Below are positions 52,110 to 61,899 of a stretch of DNA of 64,000 nucleotides, piece after piece. Position numbers and translations under genes: made by a program. The stretch lies in contig NW_024704743.1 in NCBI RefSeq assembly GCF_018977255.1, forward strand, positions 79,176,001-79,240,000, given 5' to 3'. Numbering within the stretch: the stretch's first letter is position 1; each line of letters starts with the position of its first letter. The DNA comes from Callorhinchus milii (taxonomy: Eukaryota). The notes beneath the pieces were generated by a model. It ran no database searches and was not told the DNA's origin. It saw nothing but the letters and a program-made list of their open reading frames with translations.

Positions 52110-53090
52110 AATGCAATTACGTGCCGTGTTCCCCAGGGCTCTGCCTTCGGTTCTCTCTTTTTCAATAACTACATGCTCCCGCTCAGGGTATCATCCGCAG
52201 GCATGGGGCTAACTTCCACATGTTTGGAGATGATACTTAACTCTACCTCTCTGCTTCCACCATCAACTCCAGGACCAATGCTGTCCTGACAAAATGTCTG
52301 TCATATATTAAGTCTGGAGGAGAGCCAATTTTCCCCAGTTGAATATCGCCAAGATCAAAGCCCTCCTGCTTGGCACCTTCTCACTCCAGGCACTAACAGC
52401 ATCACTATTTATGGATGCACACTCCACCTCACAGAGTCAGTACAGAATCTTGGTTTCTTGTTTGAGCCTGAGCCATCTCTTAAACCCCACATCGATGCCA
52501 TGACCCATTCTTCGTTCCCCCACCTCTGCAATATTGCACACCTCTGCCACTATCTCTCCTCTCCTGCCGAGAACCTCATCCATGCCTTAATTACGTCCAG
52601 GCTGAATGCTAACTCCCTGCTAGCCAGACTTCCCAATTCTTCACTCCACAAGCTGCAGCTTGTGAGCTCTCCCGCACCAGGCTCTGTGACCCAATCATTC
52701 CCATCCTCGCCTGGCTTCACTGGTTCCCCATCCCCAAAGGGTTGAATTCAGGATCCTTGTCCTCATCTTTAAAGCTCTCCCTGATCTTGCTCTTCCCTAC
52801 CTTTGTTATTGACTAAACATTTACCTACCAATCTACTCTCTCTGCTCGGTAGGCATTGGCCTGCTCCACGTTCCCGCCCTGCCCCCTGCACCATCGGCAT
52901 GTCGGACCTTCAGCCTTTCTGCCCACATTCTCTGGAACTCCGTCCTGAGCCCTTCTGCCTCGACACCTCCCTTGCCTCCTTCAAGGCCCATCTCAAGACC
53001 TTCCTCTTCAACCATACCTTCGGTCATCCTCTCTTCCCCATGCTCCTTGCCTTCTACCTCTCTTGATTCCAACCCTTTGTATTCCTATCC
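52110..53090 (+). mobile_element. L2 RT and 3' fragment
   Basis: CRVPQGSAFGSLFF, LIHALITSRL, SFKAHLKTFLF. Confidence 0.88.
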
Positions 53091-53099
53091 AGATACCTT

Positions 53100-53630
53100 A
53101 ATTGTCTATGTGTCATTGTTCTGACTTTACTATCTCAGTTCCACTTAGCATCGTATATATTTCGAAAGGTCTGAGCAACACCCTGATGTTGTAGCAACCC
53201 GACCATTTGAGGGTAATCTGATCCGAGTACTGTATAGTTTGAGCATGACTCCTGGGGAACTGAGCTCAATTTATTTGGCCATCTGGAACTGTATCCGGTT
53301 TGCCTCGTTTATTGTTGCTTCATACTGCTTTGACGTGGTTAGAGATGAGTCAACTAATACCCCTAGATCGCTTTCAACTTTTTCCTTGGCAAGTGCTATC
53401 CTGTGCATGGAGTGTACGTACGTTCTATTAATTAGTTTTTATATGCAGTAATACATTTATTTGTATTGAAATTTATTTGCCAGTGATCAGCCAAAGTACA
53501 TATTGTACTAAGCTCTTTGTAGGATCTTGGCAGTCTCTAATTTCACAGTTCCCCTTATTTGAGTATTATCTGAAAATGTAACTTCTGCGAAAGTCATAAA
53601 TGTATACAAAGAATAGGATGGAGTTAGTTA
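53100..53630 (-). mobile_element. Old CR1 RT C-terminal fragment
   Basis: Minus strand reads ESDLGVLVDSSL...VMLKLYST. Confidence 0.7.
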
Positions 53631-53644
53631 AAGTTAGCCTTCAT

Positions 53645-53842
53645 TAATGATCTGGAATGCATTGCCTAAAAGGGTGGTGGAAACTGAACTTTCAAGGGAG
53701 AAATAGATAGATATTTGGGGAGGACAAATGTGCAGGGCCTTGGGGAGAGAGCGGGGGAGTGGGATTAATTTAGATAGCTCTTTCAAGGAGCTGGTATGGA
53801 TATGATTAGCCAAATGGCCTCCTTCTGTGCTCTATGATTCTA
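53645..53842 (+). mobile_element. CR1 3' end fragment
   Basis: TGGAATGCATTGCCTAAAAGGGTGGTGG...AAATGGCCTCCTTCTGTGCTCTATGATTCT. Confidence 0.8.
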
Positions 53843-54924
53843 AGGCTTGAACATAGTAAGGGGGGCGGGGGTGGATGCATCAGTCCAGGGAGAGAATGCG
53901 CATTGCTTTCCAACAATCTTATATCTGAAATTTCCATGTGTAAGTGGGATGCATGGAATTTTCAATTTGGTTTGGATACTCTTAAGCATGGTGATGGGTT
54001 TCCACATTTGTCAGACACCCAGCTGACAAAGAAAAACAGGAAGCAAGTCAGTGGCAACATACTGACCTGGACATCAGACATTTTATTGTACCTATTAATA
54101 ATTCAGGACCTGAAACATTGGACCCAGGCAGCTGTGTTCTAAAGGGATTGCCCTGTATGTATTTTTTTTAAATATTTAACCTGGCTAAATAGCTGAAATA
54201 TCTTACTATTTGTAAAACGTAGAGACTTGTTTTGTTTTTACTGAATTAGTAGCCCATTTCGATCACCAATCAGTATAATAAGATGTGTTCAACCTTCCCT
54301 TATTAAGACTCGTATCACTGTCTTATTATGTGAATACACTGATAATTATTACTATTAAGAATCAAACTGTTTACGACATGTCACAGCCAGGCTTTCTGAA
54401 TAATTACTGGGCAGCATACTGCAGTGACATGTGGGTTGTCTCAAACCTATTTCTGTTTAAGTAGAAAAGTGTGTGCCTCAACAGCTGTTGCATTTAACCA
54501 AAACAAAATGAATAAGATCTCAAACAACTTTAAATAAAAATGATAATGGGTTTGCTATTTTGAATTGGAGAACTGTATTATACTTTTATTCCTGAACATT
54601 ATAGCAGTTTTCTCAGGAAAATGTTTTGCTGTAAACAATTTAGGTTTTAAATGCAGTGAAGTCATGGATGGGATAAAACCTGGCATTTCTTGATCATTTA
54701 ATACACTTGTAATCAAGTGAGTTTGAAGTAAAAAAAACAAAGGTGGATGTTAGTTAAGGTGACTCAATCCTCAACTGTCTGAAGCATGTGAAGCAGCAAT
54801 TAATAAAGCACAGAACGTGCTAAATTGCACTGACCAAGACACATTCTGGTGTCGACTGAAAGAGGGAATATTGCATGGGCAATTCTAGCCAATAAGGTTT
54901 ATAATCTCATAGGATAATGCTGAT

Positions 54925-55801
54925 GGTGTCAGGCGCTGACACCATCAGCAACCAAGGCTGCACTCTCCACCTCTCAAAGCCAGTCAGGAACCTCGGTGTT
55001 CTGTTCGACCCTGAGCTGTCCTTTCTCCCTCATATCCGCGCCACAACTGGCACCGCCTTCCATCACCTCCGGAATATCGCCAGACTACGGCACTACCTCA
55101 CCCCTCACGCTGCTGAAACCCTGGTCCACGCCTTTATCACCTCAAGGCTGGACTATGGGAACTCTCTCCTCGTCGGCCTTCCCGCCACCTCCCTCCACAA
55201 GCTGCAGGTCATTCAGAACTCTGCAGCTCGTGTACTGTCCCGCACCAGGCTTCGCGACCACATCACTCCCACCCTCGCTCGCCTCCACTGGCTCCCCATC
55301 CCCCAGAGGATTGATTTCAAGATCCTCATCCTCACCTACAAGGCCATTCACGGCCTTGCTCCCTCCTACCTCTCCGACCTACTATTCTCCTACCTACCCG
55401 CCCGTACCCTCCGTTTCTCTGGCTCCGGTCTGCTCCACATTCCTCGCCCCAACCGCCCTACCTTCGGTGCCGGGCCTTCAGCCTCTCAGCCCCCAGGCTC
55501 TGGAACTCTATCCCCCAGTGCCTTTGCCACCTCCTCCCTTTCCTCCTTCAAGTCCGGTCTCAAGACCTTTCTCTTTGATCGTGCCTTCAGCTCCCCTCTC
55601 GACTCTCTACCCCCTCCTTGCTCCCTCCCTTCCCTCCCCTCACCCTGACCATTTCCCCCCTCCTCGCTCCCTCCCTTCCCTCACCCTGACCATTTCCCCC
55701 CTGCTCGGGTCCTGACCCAACTGTACAGCGCCTTGGGACGTCCTTCTGACGTGAAAGGCGCTCTATAAATGGAATCTTGTTGTTGTATCTTGTTGTTGTT
55801 G
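54925..55801 (+). mobile_element. Young 5'-truncated L2 with about 40-bp duplication in its 3' UTR
   Basis: Long open frame VRNLGVLFD...SRLDYGNSLLVGLP...LHWLPIPQRIDFKIL; hairpin tail followed by ATCTTGTTGTTG twice. Confidence 0.95.
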
Positions 55802-56797
55802 ATAAGGGATATTGAATTGTATGTGAGAGTTCAAATCAGCATGTGTCATGCTCAGAGGCACTACAAAACAAGAGAACTAAGGTTGATTAACTGTGTTTGA
55901 AAATGAACTGTGTGTAACCTGGGCTCTAAAACCTATGAGATGTCTCAATTCGGGCCCTGTAGAGTTATATAAGATGCTTAATGGGATAAGGGAAGTAAAC
56001 TCAAAAGAATAATTTTACATATTGCAGGGAACGACGAGATAGCTTGGTTCAGGTTGTGAAGGCCAAGTTTAGAGCAGATACCAGAAAGTCAAACTTTACA
56101 CAGAAGGTACATAAAGACTAGAGCAGGTTACCATGAAGGATGTTTGAGGTCAGGACACAATTTTTTTTCAAAAACTGTTCAGTGGAATAATGGAAATATT
56201 TTCAATATGAGATCAAATTGGCTGAAGAGCCTTCTTCATGCAATCTATTGTGATAGACAAAATAATGTAACGTTTGAAAATGCAAGATTTAAAAGATAGT
56301 TTTCTAAAAATCAGTGATCTCACATCAAAGAGTAGAGAAGTGTCTGAAATGATGTCAGTCGAACTTCAAAATTTAGGTGGGCGCTTTTCGAAGAACAGAA
56401 GAGTGCTTATTACAAGGTAATGGGATTGAGAGCCTACCACCCCTGGGCAGTTCACACAGAATGATAGACCCACGGTATTGAATTAAAGAATGCCATATAC
56501 AGTATTGTAAATAATTCATCCTGGGAAACAGTGCTGCAGAGGTTCATTTACTTGTAAGCTACAAGATTCTTCAACAGTAATCTTGAATTTGGGGCTACTC
56601 CTCGATTGACAATGATTTAAAAAATAAAACACAAAACATGCGTGGAGAAAAAAAGCAAGGATTAATGATTATTATTAAAACATAACCTTGTGTAAGTAAG
56701 TAAGCTTCTGGTAAATGCTTGACAATAGATTGGCTTGCTGCAAAGATGGCATAGTTAAATGACATTGGTAATTTTAAACTGCATATTATTTCATGCA

Positions 56798-57120
56798 AAA
56801 ACAGAATTCGCTGGGAACACTCAGCAGATCAGGCAGCATCTATGGAGAAAGGAAAGTGAGTCAACGTTTTGGGTCCATGACCCTTTGTCAGAATTGGGGC
56901 ATGTTGGGAGGGAGAGGCTTTTAAGGGCTAACAGAGAGGGGGAGGCAGGGCAAAGGAGAAAATGGAGTAGAGGACAGAGGATGAGGGAAACAGATAGCAA
57001 AGAAGGTGAGCAGGGTAAAAGGGAAGAACGAAATTCAAGCCAAAGAGAAGAGCAGAACTTCTTCAAGGTAGGCATTCCTAGAAGAGAAGTGGCAGTGAAT
57101 TAAATATAAGCAAAAACAAA
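56798..57120 (-). mobile_element. Short non-autonomous Penelope-like element with 13-bp target-site duplication
   Basis: ATTATTTCATGCA at 56785-56797 and 57121-57133; terminal GCAAAAACA repeated; CTCAGCAGATCAGGCAGCATCT resembles PLE terminal repeats I recall from sharks; hammerhead-like motif inside. Confidence 0.75.
56859..56895 (-). ncRNA. Decayed minimal type-I hammerhead ribozyme motif
   Basis: Minus strand AATT-CTGACAA-A-GGGTC-ATG-GACCC-AAAA-CGTT-GACT versus core CUGANGA-stemII-GAAA; both core mismatches are CpG-type transitions. Confidence 0.65.
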
Positions 57121-58021
57121 ATTATTTCATGCATGTTGGAATGTAGATGTATTTAATGGAAAGGGACAAGTGCTATGTATCTTATTCATTTTTAATCATT
57201 TATCCATATGTTGATTAATGCCCCTGGGTAAAAAAAAGTTTTGAAGTGTTAACCTGATTCATGAGTCATGTAATACAATAAGACCTTATTAGAAAGTGAG
57301 GTTACTTTTGATAAAGGTTGAGAGATTTATTGCCTTTAAAATAGTGAAATTACTTATCCTTGCATTTGCATTTCATTTATTAATTAGTTTCTAGAGACTT
57401 GGCTGTGATAAAAAATTATGTCAGTCCATGTTCTAAGAACCGAAGACAAACTTGGTACTGTTATATTTAAAGAATGAAAAGAGGTTAATGAACTGAAGGC
57501 ATGGATTGTTTTGGAAAATTTATAGCATTAGAATATTTTTGTAAGTTTTGCCCATGTGCGCAATATTATCTGTTAGCTTGTTTCTTATCATTTTGCCTGT
57601 TTACTTAGTTGAAAAGAGTGACAAATGAAAAATGTATACTGCAAGTATTTGGAAACCTGTAAGTCATTAAATTATAACTAAGATATCAACTGAAGTAAGA
57701 AATTGACTTTGCATTTCTTGCTAAAATTGCAATGCATTAAAAGCCAATATTATCCACCGGATATTGGCTTCATAACGATTGGCAAAGCATTAGAAAAAGT
57801 GCTGTGAAATATGGTATCTTGTCACAGTATACTTAATATTTTTAGAATTTTTAATTGTCTTCTTCCTCTTCATAAGCTTGATGTTAATTTTCATTTCCTC
57901 CCAATGTACACAATTGTCTGTTCCTTCATTGTTCCAATTCCTTTAAATGTAAATAGATCGTACAGCACGGCCCTGTGTCTGTGCTGGTACATTTTGTGTG
58001 TGTGCATGCTTCATTTTTTTT

Positions 58022-58220
58022 ATAATCCCATAAAAACCAAAAACAATAATAAATTGGTCATTTTCAATCTACGACTGTTTGTGGGACATTGCTGTGCATA
58101 ATTGGCTGCCGCGTTCGCCCACAAATATACAGTCAATTAACTTTACAGTGTGTTATGTGAAGCGCTTTGGGACGTCCTCCTGATGTGAAAAGCGCTATAT
58201 CAAATGCAAGGATTATTATA
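58022..58220 (+). mobile_element. 5'-truncated young SINE
   Basis: Matches the 3' two-thirds of the 47625 copy. Confidence 0.9.
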
Positions 58221-59595
58221 TAAATGTATTTTGACCGATTTCAATCGGGCAGACTTGAAGGAGATGCAATTAGTTGCTATGGTTTTTTTTTGGAGTTGGC
58301 CAATAATCAACTCTAAAGATTTATTTTGCAAATAGCAAGAGGAATATAAAGGTTCTTTTTAAACATCCTTTAGATGGATTGTTAAAAATTTAAATTCTGT
58401 CAGACATGTTGCGAAGCGATTTTTATCAACAGTCAAAAAATGGCAGATAGAAACAGGAATTTTGTGCACAGGAGAATCATTTGGTTAATTTTGTCCATTA
58501 CTGCTGCTTGTCTTTCTAAATTGCCCATTTTTTATTAATCCTACTTTCCAACTCTCTCCTTAAAGCCCTTAATGTTTTTATTACTCCGGTACCTATTGAG
58601 CGATTTTATTAATCCAGCTTTAATAGATGCTTGTGTTGATGAATGTGATTCCCTTACAGCTTTCTAAGTGAAGATATTTTGTTTTAAGTTTCTCTTAATG
58701 TTTCTGATAACAATCCTGAAACTGCCCCATTGTCACTTATTTCCCATCTGATGGAAGTAGGTTTTAGCCTATCTATACTGTCCTGCTTCCTCAGTATCTT
58801 AAACATATCTATCAGATACCTTGTAGTGTAATTTGTTCTATCCTCTCTTCATTTGTATTAAGTCTTATACGTGGTATCCTTCTAGTGAAGATGTTTAAAT
58901 GGATTTTTCACATCAATCTTTAAGTTGTTTAGCCCAGAAATCAAAATGCACTGACTCGAAGCTCAGCAGGATTTGTGTTGAAAAGACTACTGCTGAGTGG
59001 GTTGGTTAAAAGAGCAATTATGAAGAAATTGCTTCCTGACAGCTGTTTGATTGATGCATTTGTTTTCTGGTCTCTGCAGATGGGTCCTTTATTTCAAGAT
59101 TTTTTTACTTTGTGTAAAACAAGGTGTTTTTTGTTAAAAGTTCAGCAGACAGGGAGGTAAATACATCTTGTCAATAAAACTTTGGAGTTGTCTTTACCTT
59201 TAGCTAGTATCATTACTAAATTTAAGATTTTTGTTATTTTCTTTTCATACAAAATTTCTCACAGCTCAGAAATAATTTTGACTTTTGACAGTTCTTTTAT
59301 GGAAGCGTATTAAATAGTTTATATTATAATTTTGTTCAGGCTGGAAAATTTAGATATTTTCTGTGGGGAAAAAGTCATACTGTACTTCTTGAGGGTTAAA
59401 ATAACATGTTCAAAACTAGGAATGGGGGCGAAGTACTTTAATCAAACATTGGTGATATTTCTTTGATATCATTTTTATTCAAACGCAGTTAATATTCTTG
59501 ATCAGCAAGATGTTACACTCGACAGATATATACTCAATGGATATATACTTAAGCTGCCTCTGTTCCTGTGATATATCATTAAGATTATCTTTATA

Positions 59596-59912
59596 TAATA
59601 AAATAATCCTTGCATTTAATGTAACCCTTTTTACATCTTCTAGACGTCTCATAGTGCTTCACACAATATACCTTAAAGTGAGTTGACTGTATATTTGTTG
59701 GCAAAACGAGGCAGCCAATTGTGCACAGCAGTGTCCCACAAACAGTTGTGTGTTCAGTGACCAAATTATTATTTTATTTATTTTTTCTTGAGGGATTATT
59801 ATCAGGCGTGTGGAGTAAGGAAACTTGCCCATGGTTTCGTCCTGCCGGGAATCAAACCCAGGGCTCTCGCTTGCAAGGCAAGTGCTCTGACCACTGAGCT
59901 TCAGGACTCCAC
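59596..59912 (-). mobile_element. tRNA-derived SINE, short subfamily, antisense
   Basis: Reverse complement of the head (CCACTGAGCTTCAGGACTCCAC) and tail. Confidence 0.92.
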
Positions 59913-60136
59913 TGTTTGTTTGAAAGATGATCATTTTCTTTGAAACTTAAATTCTACTCTACAGAAGAACCCTTCAATTAAGGGAGAAGTGCTTCAAGCT
60001 GAAAACAGGAACAAACCCCCCCACATTACTTTCTCCTGTAACTTACGAAATATTGGTGTGGGGGACAAAAATTGTTTTGTTAAATAAAACATTCTGGTTT
60101 AGGATGTGCTTTAATGCATATTATTGTATTTTTAAG

Positions 60137-60224
60137 GTGAATAGACAACCAGCAAGACTGAATTTACTAACTTGCCAGGTGAAACCCAGTGGCGATGAGA
60201 AAAAATGCTTTGATTTAATATCAC
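60137..60224 (+). CDS. ASAP1: ASAP1 coding exon (PH), 88 nt, VNRQPARLNLLTCQVKPSGDEKKCFDLIS(H)
   Basis: gtatttttaag|GTG...TCAC|gtatgt. Confidence 0.96.
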
Positions 60225-60315
60225 GTATGTTTCCTTCTACTATTTCATTTGAGTTAATAGGAAATAGCTGGGTATTTTGAAGTGACCTAATTATATGAAA
60301 CTAAGTATATGCATA

Positions 60316-60927
60316 GGAGAGCGACACACACACACACTCAGAAAGCCAGAGAGCGACACACACACACACACTCAGAGACCCAGAGAGCGACACACACACA
60401 CTCTAGAGACCCAGAGAGCAACACACACACACTCAGAGACCCAGAGAGCGACACCCACACACTCAGAGACCCAGAGAGCGACACCCACACACTCAGAAAC
60501 CCAGAGAGCGACACCCACACACTCAGAGATACAGAGAGCGACACCCACACACTCAGGGACCCAGAGGAAGACACACACTCACTCACAGACCCAGAGAGAG
60601 ACATACACACACTCACAGACCCAGAGAGAGACACACACTCACAGACACAGAGCGACACACACACAAAGAGAGAGACACAGACGCACACCCACTCACAGAC
60701 ACAGAGCGACACACACACACACAGAGAAACACACACACACTCACAGACACAGAGAAAGACACACATACACACAGAGAGAGACACACATTCACGGACACAG
60801 AGAGAAACACACACTCACAGACACAGAGAGACATGCATACACTCGGAGACCTAGAGAGAGACATACACGGAGAGAGAGAGATCTGCACTCAGAGACCCGG
60901 AGAGAGACGCGCACGCACAGACACACA
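60316..60927. repeat. CA/GA-rich minisatellite with a 30-bp core decaying into (CA)n/(GA)n
   Basis: ACACCCACACACTCAGAGACCCAGAGAGCG in 30-bp register from 60421 to about 60630. Confidence 0.95.
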
Positions 60928-61342
60928 GGCGATCACAACAGGGGGCCCTCCGTGTGTGGCCCATTTGTAGCTTGCATGCGTGTCCAGAGCCGCTCCGCCC
61001 ATAGTGACATCAGGTAAGCAGCGCAGGTGGTCTGCGGGCCAGAAACTACATTTATGGTGATTTTGTAATGGACGAGGACGTCGTGGTGGAAAAGGTGCAC
61101 CCGCACTTTTTTATTGAGCCAGATTATAACCAACTAACATTCTTCGCATATTCAAGATAGAGATGCAAGATCTAATGATTGTAGGTTGGTAATTGGAAGT
61201 TGACTTGAGGGTATTTTTTTATACAACAATGAATACGCCGTGTTTTCAGCTGTGATGTAACTAATAGTCTTTATCTAATGTAATTCTATTTCTAATATTA
61301 GGGTCATATTTTCATGTCTGTTTCTTTCTCCCATGCCAACAG

Positions 61343-61391
61343 ATAACCGGACTTATCATTTCCAAGCGGAAGATGAGCAGGACTGCCAAGT
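61343..61391 (+). CDS. ASAP1: ASAP1 coding exon (PH), 49 nt, NRTYHFQAEDEQDCQ(V)
   Basis: ctcccatgccaacag|AT AAC...CAAGT|gtaagt. Confidence 0.96.
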
Positions 61392-61899
61392 GTAAGTGCT
61401 TCTTCTATGATCATTGGTAGGAAGAAAAGAAGAAAATTCTAGTATAAGATGCCACTTTTTCTAAAAAAAAATGTTTTACAAAGTTTGTTGGAGAAGGGAG
61501 AGCAACTGTTGTGATCTTGACTCCCTCAGATGGTTCTAGGCTAACTGCACAATACATAGTCTGCTTGTCGTGTGTGATGAACAGATTCATGCCTGATTCC
61601 CCTGCATTAAAACCACAGCACAAACAGGCATATTGTAGCTTTAGTGCAAATCTATTTTTTGAGGAAAACCATTGATTTGATTTATAATGTAGAAATCACC
61701 CCAGAGAGATAATGGATGTTGTTCAAAGGAGAATGCCCTCTTGATATTCAGTGTTACTTACTTACACATTTACATTATTCAACAAACAAGTTACTGTATA
61801 TATTTAAATATCTTAACACATTTTGGAGACTTCAGTTTTAAAGAATACAATTTGGCTAAATGGAACTGAATTGATCTCCTATAAATAAAGAAAAAAAAT

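Noticed and set aside
54917..55715. 243-aa and 239-aa ORFs as host genes
   Set aside because: L2 ORF2 C-terminus and its C-rich alternative frame; 5' truncated
57741..57770. 10-bp hairpin AAGCCAATAT...ATATTGGCTT as a miRNA
   Set aside because: Stem too short for a pre-miRNA; plausible by chance
59080..59156. Possible 77-nt cryptic exon (tctctgcag|ATG...GAG|gtaaat)
   Set aside because: Frameshifting, T-rich, no similarity to ASAP proteins; such site pairs are expected by chance
60295..61017. 240-aa and overlapping Thr/His/Glu-rich ORFs
   Set aside because: Translation of the CA/GA minisatellite; open in several frames on both strands
25118..61391. ASAP2 instead of ASAP1, since EKKCFDLISH and DEQDCQV look ASAP2-like
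   Set aside because: BAR and linker residues ([49 protein letters not shown]) match ASAP1 as I recall it; a phylogeny would confirm
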